Positions 35,243-47,283 of a DNA stretch of 64,000 nt are shown here, piece after piece. The stretch is from Candidatus Bathyarchaeota archaeon (GTDB taxonomy: Archaea; Thermoproteota; Bathyarchaeia; Bathyarchaeales; Bathycorpusculaceae). A program made the position numbers and the translations under genes. Within the stretch, counting starts at the first letter, position 1. Every line of letters starts with the position of its first letter. Under the pieces are notes generated by a model. The model made no database searches, had not been told where the DNA came from, and was given only the letters and a program-made list of their open reading frames with translations. The stretch is taken from assembly GCA_963767735.1 (NCBI GenBank), contig CAVYES010000005.1, positions 512,001-576,000 of the forward strand, written 5' to 3'.

Positions 35243-38200
35243 CTAATTGCGAAACTTCTCCCTCAACCAATGCCTTACATCGTAGAAGGATATGTTTCTG
35301 TGTGGGCAGGCCGAAACGCAGTTCCCGTCTCCAATGCATTTGTAGTTTCTGAACTCGCCCTTTGCAGCGAATTCCGCCGGTTGACCTGTTAGCCCCAGGG
35401 GGCAGATCTTCGAGCAGTCCTTTGTCGTGCAGCTGCTGCAAAGCGCCTTGTCCTTCACCTTTAGCCTAAACAACCCAGCTCGGGATATGAGCTGGTTGAA
35501 AGCTCCCCAGCCGCACATGCCAGTTGAGACGCAGCCATACGTCCCGACAAAGGGAATCATCAGCCAGATAACGTACCACAGAAAACCGAAGTAGAACATG
35601 TACAGGAAGTAGGCGGGATCCATGCCGAAGACGGAGATTCCTAAAATTCCTACAGATGCCAAGTACGATAGTAAAGCTGCAGCCAGTAGTGAGATCCACA
35701 CCGCCGATACGACTACCTTATAGGCCGATGATATCTTGTTTGTGTGTAGCCTGCAAGAAAGCTTGGATGTTCCGCTACATGAGCTCATGGCATCTATGGT
35801 CGTTCCCTGGTACATGAGGGGAGCCATGCATGCTACAGAGCAGAGTTGCCTGCTGCCGAAAAGAAAGGAAAGGATACCACTGATCAGAAATGTGCCGAGC
35901 AACGCCACTACTACGGTTGAAGCTATGGCACCTGAGCTGCCTATCCCAGATGCCCAGCCTAGCCACGGGGTCTGCCTAAGGACGTTGAACGGGATTACGA
36001 ATATGGGAAGGAGTATACTGTATGCGCCGTAAGCGAGAATCAAAAGCAGGAGCCTTACCTTAGTTTCGAGTTCCCGTGTATACTTGATTCTGAAGGCTAC
36101 AAGCGCGCCCATCTCTATGCCCATCATTATCAGGTACCACGGAGACATGGTTATTCTGGTGAAGAACATGATGAAATTGAAAAAGCCCGCACTTAGGGCA
36201 TTCACAAAGGACCCTGCCGTAGAGGCAAACATCATCATATTGAAAAAGCCTGCGCCATACACCTGGATGTCCAAGACTCCGCCCATGAAGAACTCTGCCA
36301 CGAAAAGGAGCCCCAGGAAACCGAAGACCCAATACGGCTTTGCTTGCCAACTTGTGGATTTGGATGAAACAAGTCTTCTTTCGTCCAGCACGATTCCGAA
36401 GTACACCACCATTTCGGCTATTATGGATAGTACGAAGACTGTGGCGTCACCGTTGAGAAGCCAGATGAACTGGCCCGCCATCATCAACGCATAGGCCAGC
36501 ATGAGGAAGAGCAGATAGTTCAGGATGCCTGAACTGGTGGTCCGATTTTTATAAAGGAACTCAAAGACGTAGATGAAAAGAAAAACCATCACGGCGCTGC
36601 CCGCAACCAGGGAGATGTTGGTCCAGAGAGAGTTGCCAATCGCTGTGGGAGACAGAATCATTATGATGGTTTGACATGCCATGATCCAGATGAGTGGCTT
36701 TGGCAGCCTACCTCTTATGAAGAAAAGCGTTATTCCCATCTCGGCGGACATCATGAAGATGAACCAGAAGGAGCTCATAGCGTGAATAAGGGCTAAATAG
36801 ACCCATTGTAGACCGCTAGAAATCGATACTGTACCGCCAAGCAGCGCAAAGGTCCAACCCATGAACACCTCAGAAAGGATGACCAAGGCGATGATCGACG
36901 CAATCAAAATAAGTCTGATGTTGCCCACCTTATCCTTCAGAAGGCTATCGTTTCCCCGCGTGTTGCAAAAAGAGTGGCGGCAGCTGTGACGCCCGCCACC
37001 GCCAAGTTAATGGCTACCAGATCAACGAGTGTAACTGATGGTTGGACGTAGAGGTAGACGACTGTGCTGATGAACGTCGTAGCTATCATTGAGAGGAGGA
37101 AGAGCACTATGCCAGCGTCGATTAAGGTCTTGATTTCCGAGCCTTTTTTGATGAGCCATGCCGTGAAGACAGTCATCGTTCCAACGTAAAAGCCTGCGCT
37201 CAATATTCGCGTAAGTGGCCACGTTGTTGACGCAGATATGATTCCATTGAAAAAGCCTTGGCCGAACACCTGGATGGCCATGACCCCGCTCATAAAGAAC
37301 TCTACCACGAATATGAGAAAGAGGAAGCTAAAGACCCAGTACGGCATTGACTGCCAACTTACCGATTTGGAAGAAATAAGCTTCTTTTCGTCTAATACTA
37401 TTCCGAAGTACACCACCATCTCGACTATTATGGATAAGACAAAAACTGCGGCGTCGCCGTTAAGAAGCCAGATGAACTGGCCCGCCATCATCAACGCATA
37501 GGCCAGCATGAGGAAGAGCAGATAGTTCAGGATACCTTTGCTTAAGGTCTGATTCTTATGCAGGAACTTGAAGATGTATATGAACAGAAAAGTCATGATG
37601 GCGCTGCCGACAGCCAGAGAGACGCCAGCCCAAACAGAGTTGATAATCGCGGTTGGAGAAAGGACCATTATAATTAATTGAGACGCAATTAGCCAGCTAA
37701 ATGCTTTCGGCAGTTTGTCTCTGATGAAAAAAAGTGTGATTGCCATTTCGGCAGAGTTCATGAAGATGAACCAGAAAGAACTCGAAGAGTTTGTTAACGT
37801 GGTGAAAATTCCTTGGAGACCGCCAGCCGTGGATGCAGTTCCCCCGATGAGTGCAAAGGTCCAGGCCATGAATACCTCCGACAGGAGAACCAAGGCGACG
37901 ATCAACGCAATTATTAAGGACCTTACCCGCACAATGCCGGATACAGTTTCATCCAAGGTCTTGGGTTCATCAAATATATACAAAATAGCGAAAGCGAAGC
38001 CTATGACCATCATCGCAAACATGTTTATCAATATTATTTCGAAGAGCGCTGTTGGAAAGTAGAAGTAAGGTACAATACTGATAGCCATCTCAGCCATCAT
38101 CGAGAGGAGGAAGAGCACTATCCAAGCTTCCTTCGGAGCCTTGATTTCCGAGCCCTTCTTGACAAGCCATGCCGCGAAGACAGCCATCAATCCTTCGAGT

Positions 38201-38244
38201 ATCCAGATGGGAATTAGAGTAGCAAAACCCAAGTCCTTCACCAA
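35243..38244 (-). CDS. ~1000-aa polytopic membrane protein with duplicated module and C-terminal NapH/CcoG-like 4Fe-4S domain (split near 36950)
   Basis: ORFs 36937-38244 and 35243-36928 join with one added base; CSVAC, CSSCTTKDCSKICP and CIGDGNCVSACP motifs. Confidence 0.75.
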
Positions 38245-38629
38245 TTTTTCTAATTTCTTATTAATTGGAACGTAATGTACGGCATAGCCAAAAGCCTATT
38301 GACATGCAAGCTATATAACGCTGTGCTGTAAGTGTTAGCCAACAACAGCCCTGGAATTAGGAGTGATCAAAAAATCAATTTTGATGCGCTCAAAACTTGC
38401 AGTGATTTTGTTGATATTTTACCTAACAAGCTTTTTCACCATAGATGGCTTGGCAAAAGAATGCCCAGTGGTAAGATAACCAAATTAGCAACCCATAACT
38501 TGTGACTGTATCAAGCTAGCCACACAACTTTAAAACCAAATTTTTCTGAATAATAGTGTAAACTGATTTAAGTATGAAAAAATTGCGCTTTGCCGCGATT
38601 TTTAAAAGCCAAAATATAGGAGATTAAGT

Positions 38630-39301
38630 TTGTCGCAACCAATACCCATTTCGGCCTCCGATTGGAATCATTTCTTTGATTTAGCTGCGACTATAGCGTT
38701 AATAGCGTTGGCGATTGTCATAGGCGCAATGATTTTTTTTATCGTAAAATACCGGGAACGAAAAGGTCAACCAAAATTTATTCCTGACTTTCGCTTGAGT
38801 AAAAGCCGCGCTAGAGAAAACGTGATTTTTGCCTCAATCTCCATCATAATACTGGTCAGTTTGGTAGCGGCTTCCTACAGCCTCATTCCTAATGCACGCT
38901 TTGCGCCTTCTGCCTCTAAAAGTTTGGTTATTGACGTAACTGCTTATCAGTGGGCTTTCAGTTTTGGGTATCCCGACGGTGTTACAAACCTTAGATAATA
39001 TGACTCTGCCTGGAAACACCGCTGTAATGTTTAACGTTACAAGCGCGGATGTAATGCATAACTTATATTTGGTACAGTTTCGGGTAAGCATAGAGGCGAT
39101 CCCTGGCAGATACAACATTTTATGGATAACAACGCCAGTGGTAACTGGAAACCAGGAGTACACATACAACATCGAGTGCAAAGAACTTTGCGGCGACGGG
39201 CACACCTTCATGGATGCAACAATGCTTGTTGTAATCAAACCGCATATAATCAGTGGCTTGCCACCCAATTGGCTATAAGCGCATCAACGTCAGGAGGCTA
39301 A
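38630..39301 (+). CDS. coxB: Heme-copper oxidase subunit II with CuA site (two frameshifts)
   Basis: Two TM helices, AYQWAF, DVMH, AIPG, CKELCGDGHTFM. Confidence 0.9.
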
Positions 39302-39305
39302 AGCT

Positions 39306-40995
39306 TTGGTGTTTTCAATCAAAGAATGGGCAACTACAACTAATCACAAACAAATAGGCATTCTTTACATCGTAACAGCCATATTTTTCATGGCGCTGGC
39401 AGGCATGTTTGGGGAAATGATGAGAACGCAGCTTGCTGTTCCAATGAACAATTTTCTTCAGCCCGCCACTTATGAACAAACCGTTACCTTGCACGGTTTG
39501 TTGATGATACTCTGGGTTATGACGCCTCTGGGTGTTGGATTAGCAAACTATATTGTCCCGCTTCAAATAGGCGCAAAAGACTTGGCGTTCCCGCGCATGA
39601 ATGCCTTGAGCTACTGGACGTATCTATTCAGTGGCATAATGCTTGTCAGCACGGTTTTTCTGCCTGGCGGTGGACCTAACACAGGCTGGACACTCTATGC
39701 ACCTCTAAACACTATTCAGTTCACTCCGCAAGCAGGCATGACTCTGGCCGTTTTAGCGTTGCTACTATTCTCTCTTTCCGTAACAATGGGGTCAATTAAC
39801 TTTCTAACAACCATCGTGAGAAATCGAGCTAAAGGCGTAACGTGGAGAAGGTTACCCATATTCACTTGGTCAATCGTTTTCACTATGGCACTGGCGCTTT
39901 TTGCGTTTCCGCCTTTAGCCGCAGGATTATTACTGTTATCAAGCGATAGATTTCTTGGCACTGTCTTCTTTAGCTCAACCCAGGGCGGAGGCATCTTATG
40001 GGATGAACTCTTCTGGTTTTTTGGTCACCCGGAAGTTTACATTGTCGTTTTTCCTGCTCTAGGTGTAATCGCAGAAATTTTTCAGACATTTGCAAAGAGA
40101 CCTATATTCTCAAGAACAGCTTTCATCGTTGAATTTGCAGCCGTAACCTTTCTGAGCATGGGCGTTTGGATGCACCACATGTTTACAACAGGCATAAACT
40201 ACAGTGTGTTGCAAACATTCTCTTTCACTACTCTTGCCATTTCCATACCCTTCGAAGGAGTAGTTCTAGCTTTGGTACTTACACTCTACAAAGGTAACAT
40301 AAAACTGAACACTCCGATGTTGTATTGTTTAGCCGCCATATTTACAGTAACACTAGGCGGCATTACAGGCGTTTTGCAAGCGTTTCCAGTTTTAGATTAT
40401 GCGTTTAATGGAACCTACTGGATTGTTGGCCATTTCCATTATGTGATGGCAGGAACCACTCTTTTTGCACTTATTGCAGGTCTCTATTATTGGTGGCCAA
40501 AAATAACTAAAAGAAAGTACAACGAGACATTCGGCATAATTATTTTCTTTGTTTCCTTCGTTGGCTTCAACATCCTCTATTTTCCATACTTTTTCATGTT
40601 AGACATGCCTAGAAGAATATCCACGTTATACTGTAGCATCTGGATTAGCCTCTTTGAATTTAACAGCAACTATCGGCGCTTACATATTCGGACCAGCTGC
40701 TGCATTGGCCGTTTTAAACTTGGTTTTAAGTTTAAGAAAACCTCCATCCTCAGGGTCTAATCCGTGGGATGCGAGAGAAATGGAGTGGACACAGAATTAT
40801 AGCGATCCAGCTGCAACGGCTCAGCCAACTAATTCTGCCGAAACAACAATTGACCCACCAAACAATAAGCCCCATGAAACTTGGTCTAGCCGCTGGTACT
40901 GGTGCAAGACAGGTTCGTGTAAACCACGTGAAACTCCAAGTGGTCCAAACGGAGAAACCGTTTATTTGAAGAAAACTGAGGACGATAAACTTTGA
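39306..40995 (+). CDS. coxA: Heme-copper oxidase subunit I, A-type (frameshift near 40625)
   Basis: [46 protein letters not shown]. Confidence 0.95.
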
Positions 40996-41765
40996 CGGAA
41001 GATTATGAACAGCCTGAAGAACGAAAATCATCTTATACCCCACTAATACTTGCTGCAGGAATTGCAATAGTGCTTTTGGGCATCGTAATTTTCTTGCCGC
41101 TAGCCGTAGCAGGTGGGGTAATTGTTGCCGTGGCGTTGTTTAAATTGTTTAAAGATGGGGCGGAAGAAAAATTTGCTGAATTCAAAGAATCTGTTGAAGA
41201 GAAGTGGCCGCTTGAGTTTTTAAATAAAGAGAAACTCGGTGTCTGGGTTTTTCTTATGTCTGAAATCTTGATTTTTGGATCGCTTATTGTTGCTTATGTG
41301 TATGTCCGGCTGTCCAGCAGTTCATGGCCTGTTGCCACTCAAACCCACGACGTAATGCTTGGGATGACTAACACTATTATCTTGCTTACCAGCAGCTTGG
41401 CAATGGTATTTGCCCTTTACTCGATTAGGGAAGGCAACGTAAAGGGGTTAAAAGTGGGATTGATAAGTACATTTGCCTTAGGAGCTTCTTTTCTGGTAAT
41501 CAAGCTTGGTATTGAATGGCCGCAGTATTACCGAAACGGTTTCACCATAAGCAGTGGTTTGCCTGGCTCCACTTACTTTGTCTTAACAGGGCTTCATGCT
41601 GTGCATGTTGCAGCGGGTTTAGTGGCAGTAGGATACCTAATATTCAGAACTTACAATGGAGGATTCACCAGCACAAAGCATTCTGCGGTGGAGAATATTG
41701 GCTTGTATTGGCATTTTGTTGATATTGTCTGGATGTTTCTCTTCCCACTCTTCTATTTAATATAG
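40992..41765 (+). CDS. coxC: Heme-copper oxidase subunit III
   Basis: [35 protein letters not shown]. Confidence 0.93.
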   Translation: MTEDYEQPEERKSSYTPLILAAGIAIVLLGIVIFLPLAVAGGVIVAVALFKLFKDGAEEKFAEFKESVEEKWPLEFLNKEKLGVWVFLMSEILIFGSLIVAYVYVRLSSSSWPVATQTHDVMLGMTNTIILLTSSLAMVFALYSIREGNVKGLKVGLISTFALGASFLVIKLGIEWPQYYRNGFTISSGLPGSTYFVLTGLHAVHVAAGLVAVGYLIFRTYNGGFTSTKHSAVENIGLYWHFVDIVWMFLFPLFYLI

Positions 41766-42044
41766 GTGAAAAATATGCCTGGAATGAAAATGTACGTAGG
41801 AATTTGGTTTGGACTTGTAGTTGCAACTGTAGCGGAAGTAGTAACACGATCTCTACCAGGAGCGCTCTCACTGCTGGCACTTATCATACTCTTAATATCT
41901 TCAGGGAAAGCTATCACCATAGCATTGTACTATCAACATCTGCGTTATGAAGACAAAAGGCTGGCTCTCTTGCCAATAGCTGCTGTCGTGGGCGTTATTA
42001 TTCTGGCGGTTGCGGCTGGAATGTCGATGTCACCGGGAATGTGA
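41766..42044 (+). CDS. coxD: Heme-copper oxidase subunit IV
   Basis: Three TM helices, KA..IALYYQHLRYE. Confidence 0.8.
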   Translation: MKNMPGMKMYVGIWFGLVVATVAEVVTRSLPGALSLLALIILLISSGKAITIALYYQHLRYEDKRLALLPIAAVVGVIILAVAAGMSMSPGM

Positions 42045-42050
42045 AATTAA

Positions 42051-42572
42051 ATGACACATGCTTACAAAGCATATTTACCCCTCATCGTGATTGGGATTCT
42101 TGCAATCGCCTTCGCTGTTGGAGCAGCGGCAATGTTGATTTTCCAGCTTCAGCCTCCAATTCCAAGCTCCACTCCAAGCAAAACACCAAATGTAAACATT
42201 GTACTCTATGAAGGAGAAATGCCAAACGGAGAATTCGGCTTTGGCACAGCTCCAAACAACTTAACCTCGCCTGGACCTACGCTTGGATTTTCAACATCGG
42301 ATCTGGTTAACATTACGGTTATGAACGTCGGAAAGCTCCCTCACGCTTTCGCTATAACTACCATGCCTACTGTAGGATCTCCTGTCCTTTTCGGTGCCGT
42401 AATCGGCTCAGCAACCAATCCGCTTCAACCGGGGCAAGAAAGCTCAGTTGTTTTTGCTCCTGACAATGCCGCCTTTGATTACTATTATATTTCTCCTGTT
42501 GCTGGGGATGTTGCAAATGGAATGTACGGTGACGTTGTAGTTAGCTCAGTAACTGGTCCAGCCTTTCCTTGA
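42051..42572 (+). CDS. Membrane-anchored sulfocyanin-like cupredoxin lacking its Cys and second His ligands
   Basis: PGPTL, LPHAFAI, YYYISPVAGDVANGM. Confidence 0.75.
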   Translation: MTHAYKAYLPLIVIGILAIAFAVGAAAMLIFQLQPPIPSSTPSKTPNVNIVLYEGEMPNGEFGFGTAPNNLTSPGPTLGFSTSDLVNITVMNVGKLPHAFAITTMPTVGSPVLFGAVIGSATNPLQPGQESSVVFAPDNAAFDYYYISPVAGDVANGMYGDVVVSSVTGPAFP

Positions 42573-42622
42573 CGGTTCTAAAATACGTTTAAGACGTTTA
42601 AGATTAAACAGAGAACTCGATT

Positions 42623-43490
42623 ATGAAACAAAAAATAGACAGATATCTTCAACTTACGAAGCCCAAGGTGACACTGTTAAACTTGCTTGTAGGAGTTACC
42701 TGCTTTGTGCTAGCAGCTTTTCCTGCGATCACTTGGTTTAAACTTGCATTGTTCGCTGTTATTGGCTATTTAGCTGCAGGCGGCTGCGGTGTCTTAAACA
42801 GCTTCTATGACAGAGACGTTGACAAATTAATGATGCGCACCTCGAAAAGGGCAATTCCTGCAGGTCAAGTGAGATCTAATGACGCGCTGATATTAGGGGT
42901 AACAATGATTTCCGCAAGCTTTGCCTTCGCATATTTCTTGTTTAACCCCATGACTTGCCTGATGCTCGGTCTTGGAATGGTCTTTTACCTAGCTATTTAC
43001 ACTGTTTGGCTGAAACGCATTAGCTCTTGGAATGTGGTTATAGGCGGCTTTGCTGGCTGTTTTGCAGGCCTTGCTGGTTGGACAGCTGCCGTTAACACGC
43101 TTAGTTTAATGCCTTTACTTGTTGCAATGCTCAGATTTTCTTTGGACACCTGGTCATCTGTGGGGACTTGCCATCAAAAAAATGAAGGAATACAAAACTG
43201 CTGGAATTCCTATGCTTCCAGTTAAGATCGGCATCGTTAAGACTTCACAGGTTGTTTTCTGGTTGAATCTTTTAACCGTTGCTTTCTCGTGTCTATTTCC
43301 ATTTTTTCATTTGACAGGTGCGATTTACATGACAATTGCCTTAACAGCGGGTGCCGTGTTTTTGTTCCAAAACAGGGGATTGCTTTTTTCCTCTTCTGAA
43401 GTACAGGGGTTTAAAGTTTTTATTGCATCAATGCCCTATTTGATGTGCTTGATGTTGGGACTTATTATCGACAAAATCGTGCACATCTGA
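42623..43490 (+). CDS. cyoE: Protoheme IX farnesyltransferase (heme O synthase); frameshift near 43135
   Basis: LTKPKV, DRDVDKLMMRT, YTVWLKR, WTPGH, GIPMLP. Confidence 0.92.
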
Positions 43491-43679
43491 ATCTTTGGTC
43501 CACCATTGAAGCGAAGACAATAAACATAGTTTTTTATGTCGAAAAGCAAAAAACTAGAACAGCGTAAGGAGGTCTTTTACTGTTAGCTACTTCGCAGCCA
43601 ACAATTCAGTGGCGGTGTTGTTATAAATAACAGAAAATCTTTTTAACGCGATTAAGATAAATGGTTAAAGAGGATAATT

Positions 43680-44267
43680 ATGAAGAATCGAATCTTTTTA
43701 GTGCTTACCCTAATACTTGTTATCGGCTTAATATCAACCTTGACAGCAACCACAACTAAAGCGGCGACTTCGGGAACTTCAATAACGTTGTATGCAGGTT
43801 CAGTGACATCAGGCTCAGGCACATACGGGTACGGGCTCAGCTCAAGCGAAATCACCTCACCTGGTCCCCCATTAAATCTAGTAGAAGGCACAACCTACAC
43901 GATTACCGTAAATGATGTCAGCACCATGCAGCATTCCTTTGAAATAGTCTCAACCAAAGCAATAGGCACACCCCTGTTCAACTCAGGCATTGACATAACC
44001 AATTTTATACCCGCCGGAGGTTCAGGGTCAGTCACTTTCACACCTACCCAAACAGGCAACTTCTACTACGTCTGCACAGTACCCGCACACATATCCCTTG
44101 GCATGTGGGGAAACGTAGTAGTCTCAGCCGCCAGTACGTCTCCGACTCCAACAATTCCAGAATTTCCCACGGCATTGACATTGATTTTTACGGCGCTTGC
44201 GGTAACAGCTCTGGCAGCTTTCGTGGCACGACAGAAAAAACAGCCCAAGAACTTCGTTAAATTATAA
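43680..44267 (+). CDS. Secreted blue copper protein with PEF-CTERM sorting signal
   Basis: Signal peptide, QHSF, YYVCTVPAHISLGM, then IPEFP + TM + basic tail. Confidence 0.88.
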   Translation: MKNRIFLVLTLILVIGLISTLTATTTKAATSGTSITLYAGSVTSGSGTYGYGLSSSEITSPGPPLNLVEGTTYTITVNDVSTMQHSFEIVSTKAIGTPLFNSGIDITNFIPAGGSGSVTFTPTQTGNFYYVCTVPAHISLGMWGNVVVSAASTSPTPTIPEFPTALTLIFTALAVTALAAFVARQKKQPKNFVKL

Positions 44268-44334
44268 TTCTTTCTTTTTTATTGTTCTAATTTTATAATC
44301 GGCCTACATAGCCTTTTTCCTTTTCGAAAAATAG

Positions 44335-45228
44335 TTAATGTTCCAATGCTCTTATTCTTGGGTAAATGAACCGCACAGACAAGTATAAAACGAACACTAT
44401 GGCGGTTATGAAAAAGCTAACGGGGTAGGGCGTATAAAAGGCGATAAAGAGCCCCAGCCATGTTGCGAACAGAGCAATGGCTACGGAAAGAATTATGACT
44501 TGGCGTGGTCGACCTGCAAGCATCTGAGCAATTGCAGCAGGCGTGATCATCAATGCGAAAATGAGCAGGACACCAACCACTTGAACTGCAAACGAAGTTG
44601 TCACCGCAACTAGGAGCATGAAAATTACGCCGAGCCAAAGCACGGGCATTCCTTTTGCCTCTGCCACATCTTCGTCAAGCGATGCAAACAGGAGCGGTCG
44701 ATAAACCACAGCTGCAACAACCAGAATTACCACAGTTGCAACAAGGGTCAAAAGAACACCGCCGGTACTAACACCTAGAACTTCTCCAAACAAGATCGAA
44801 TAAGCCTGCTCTGCATAGGCCTTATAGAGACTGAGGAATAACACGCCTAAGCCAAGCATAAATGCGAGAACTGTTCCTATCTGAACGTCACGCGAGGCGG
44901 CGCGCTTACCAAGCGCGGCAATCCCAAGTCCGCCTAAACTTGTGAACACTAGAAGACCATAGACCGGGGCAACTCCGATTAAAACAGCCGCCGCTGCTCC
45001 AGAGAAACCGATGTGGGAGAGCGCATGCGCTGCGAATGATGAACGGCGTAGCACAACGAAATAGCCAACGATGCCCGCTATGATTGCAACTAGGGTTCCT
45101 GCCTCAAACGCATGCTGCATGAAAGGGAAACTAAAAATCCGTTGCAGGTCAACTATCGGGTTAGGGCTGAAAGCAGACGATAAAGTAGAATATGATGTTA
45201 AGGTCATTCTGGTTGACACCCGTGACAA
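44335..45228 (-). CDS. Zn/Mn ABC transporter permease
   Basis: HALSHIGFSGAA, ILFGEVLGV, VGVLLIFAL. Confidence 0.9.
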   Translation of the reverse strand: MSRVSTRMTLTSYSTLSSAFSPNPIVDLQRIFSFPFMQHAFEAGTLVAIIAGIVGYFVVLRRSSFAAHALSHIGFSGAAAAVLIGVAPVYGLLVFTSLGGLGIAALGKRAASRDVQIGTVLAFMLGLGVLFLSLYKAYAEQAYSILFGEVLGVSTGGVLLTLVATVVILVVAAVVYRPLLFASLDEDVAEAKGMPVLWLGVIFMLLVAVTTSFAVQVVGVLLIFALMITPAAIAQMLAGRPRQVIILSVAIALFATWLGLFIAFYTPYPVSFFITAIVFVLYLSVRFIYPRIRALEH

Positions 45229-46004
45229 TCTTCAATGCCTACAATTGCGATGTTACCTCTAGAGTCTTTGAGGACTTCGACGTGAACTCCGAACAAAGCC
45301 GAGAGACACTCAGATGTCAAAACCTCATGTGGTGTCCCAGTTGCCACTTTGCCGTTAGCGATGTAAACCACTTTATCAAGGTAAGGCAAAAGTGGGTTGA
45401 TGTTATGGGCTATAAGCAGCGCGGTCACGTTTCGGGATTCGACAACACTGTGGATAAGCTGCAGCAATTCTCTCTCGCGTCTCATGTCAAGATTCGACAG
45501 CGGTTCATCAAGCAACAGAACAGAGGGGTTACTTACTAGCGCCTCGGCCAGAAAGATTCTCTGTAGTTCTCCGCCAGACAACACGCCGAGAGAACGATGA
45601 GCCAAATCTGCGGCTCCAACGGCTTCCATCGCCGCGAGAGCTGCATTGCTGTCACGTTTTCGCCAAAAATAACCTGGTCCCCACTTCTTTCCAGAGAAAC
45701 CCAGCCGCACAAGTTCCGTAGATTCAACATTGGTTTCAGCATCGAACATGTGTCGCTGAGGAACATATCCAATCTGCGGATTGCCACGCTTGGGAGCTTC
45801 ATCGAATATCTTGATTGTTCCGCTGATGGGTTGTTGCAAGCCGAGGAGCAAACGAAACAGAGTTGTCTTACCCGCTCCGTTAGGACCGATGACCGCGACA
45901 AACTCACCGCGATTAATTGAGAAACTGGCTTCTCTCCAAACTATGTTGCCGGGGTAGCCGGCGACTAGATTCTTGGCTGTTATGATCTCGTACTGTGTGC
46001 TCAT
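45204..46004 (-). CDS. Zn/Mn ABC transporter ATPase
   Basis: GPNGAGKT, GYVPQ, LSGGELQR, LDEP. Confidence 0.92.
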   Translation of the reverse strand: MSTQYEIITAKNLVAGYPGNIVWREASFSINRGEFVAVIGPNGAGKTTLFRLLLGLQQPISGTIKIFDEAPKRGNPQIGYVPQRHMFDAETNVESTELVRLGFSGKKWGPGYFWRKRDSNAALAAMEAVGAADLAHRSLGVLSGGELQRIFLAEALVSNPSVLLLDEPLSNLDMRRERELLQLIHSVVESRNVTALLIAHNINPLLPYLDKVVYIANGKVATGTPHEVLTSECLSALFGVHVEVLKDSRGNIAIVGIEDCHGCQPE

Positions 46005-46007
46005 TAG

Positions 46008-47003
46008 TTAATTACCAAGGGCTTGTTGGTTAAGCGCGTTCTGAAGAATGATTAACTGCGCATTCATCCATACTTGGAACGAGACATCGGACGGCTGAAT
46101 GGTCTCCGTCACTGGAACTACTGGAATGTTATTTTGAGCAGCCAGTGATTTGATGCTTGATGTGAGCGACGTCACCGTTTGTTCGTTGTAGACCAGTACA
46201 GTGATGGTTCCATTCGTAATAAGATTATCGAATTGAACGATGCTCTGCGCTGGGGGATCGTTTCCTTCGGCGACGGCTTCCATGAATGCCGGAGGAGACA
46301 CGAGGTCAAGACCGGTAGCGTTTGCCAGATACGCGAAGATGCTCTCTGTAGAACCTACCTTTACGCCGGCGAAATCTTGCTTTATCTCGTCAATCCGCGC
46401 GTTGTATGTGCTAAGCGATATATCGTTAGGACCGTTGCCATCTTTCAATATAGTATACTGCTGTGCGAAGTACGACTTGGCGGATGGTTCGATGGAACAG
46501 AGGATTTGGTACATCTCATCCACCGTACTATTCACATAGTAAGGGCTGTACCAGAAGTGAGGATTAGCATCAACTGTCTGGTTGATGAATTCTTGCACGT
46601 TTAAGACAACTTGATTTGAAGAAGCGCTTGCGGCGATCAGCTGAGACGCCCAAATATCATAGCCAGCTCCGTTGACGATTACAAATTGGGCATTTGCAAT
46701 TTTTATGGCGTCAGCGGCACTGCTTTCGTATTCGTGAGGGTCAGCATTGGGATCTGTAACAATACTCGTCACATTAACTTTCGTTCCGCCAAGCTGAGAT
46801 ACCAAGCTGCCCCAGAAATTTTCAGCGGCAACTATCTGTATCACTCCATTAGAACTCGCAGTGCCAGTTACTCCAGGAACAGTCAACCCATTAGAACTCG
46901 CAGTGCTGGTTGAATGTTTTGAGAGATAAATGCCTGTGAAGGTTCCCGCGACAATTAAGACAACCAAGACGGTTGCAATAATCACATAAATTGTTTTCCG
47001 CAT
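46008..47003 (-). CDS. Zn/Mn ABC substrate-binding protein
   Basis: AAENFWG, DPHEYE, NPHFWY. Confidence 0.92.
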   Translation of the reverse strand: MRKTIYVIIATVLVVLIVAGTFTGIYLSKHSTSTASSNGLTVPGVTGTASSNGVIQIVAAENFWGSLVSQLGGTKVNVTSIVTDPNADPHEYESSAADAIKIANAQFVIVNGAGYDIWASQLIAASASSNQVVLNVQEFINQTVDANPHFWYSPYYVNSTVDEMYQILCSIEPSAKSYFAQQYTILKDGNGPNDISLSTYNARIDEIKQDFAGVKVGSTESIFAYLANATGLDLVSPPAFMEAVAEGNDPPAQSIVQFDNLITNGTITVLVYNEQTVTSLTSSIKSLAAQNNIPVVPVTETIQPSDVSFQVWMNAQLIILQNALNQQALGN

Positions 47004-47042
47004 TGTCTTCCCTTTTCTGTATGTGGATTGTAGTGAGCCATA

Positions 47043-47070
47043 TTATTAAGTTTTACTAATTTTTTAATAA
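47043..47070. promoter_or_regulatory. NikR-type operator TTATTA-N16-TAATAA
   Basis: Inverted half-sites with the 16-bp spacing typical of NikR sites, in front of the metal ABC operon. Confidence 0.55.
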
Positions 47071-47283
47071 CTCAAATCTTTAACCCTGTAAAATTCCGAT
47101 AAACGATGAAAAGCCTGTTGAACTTTTGCTTAGCCAAAGACAATAAATTTCGCGAAAGTTTTTGGTTGAAAAACCAAAACATCACCTTTAGAAAAAGTAA
47201 TCATAGAAGGCAAATAACTCATTGGGGAATAAGACGATTTATTAGTTAATCATTTTGTTACATTAAATGTTGAGGCGAATTGC

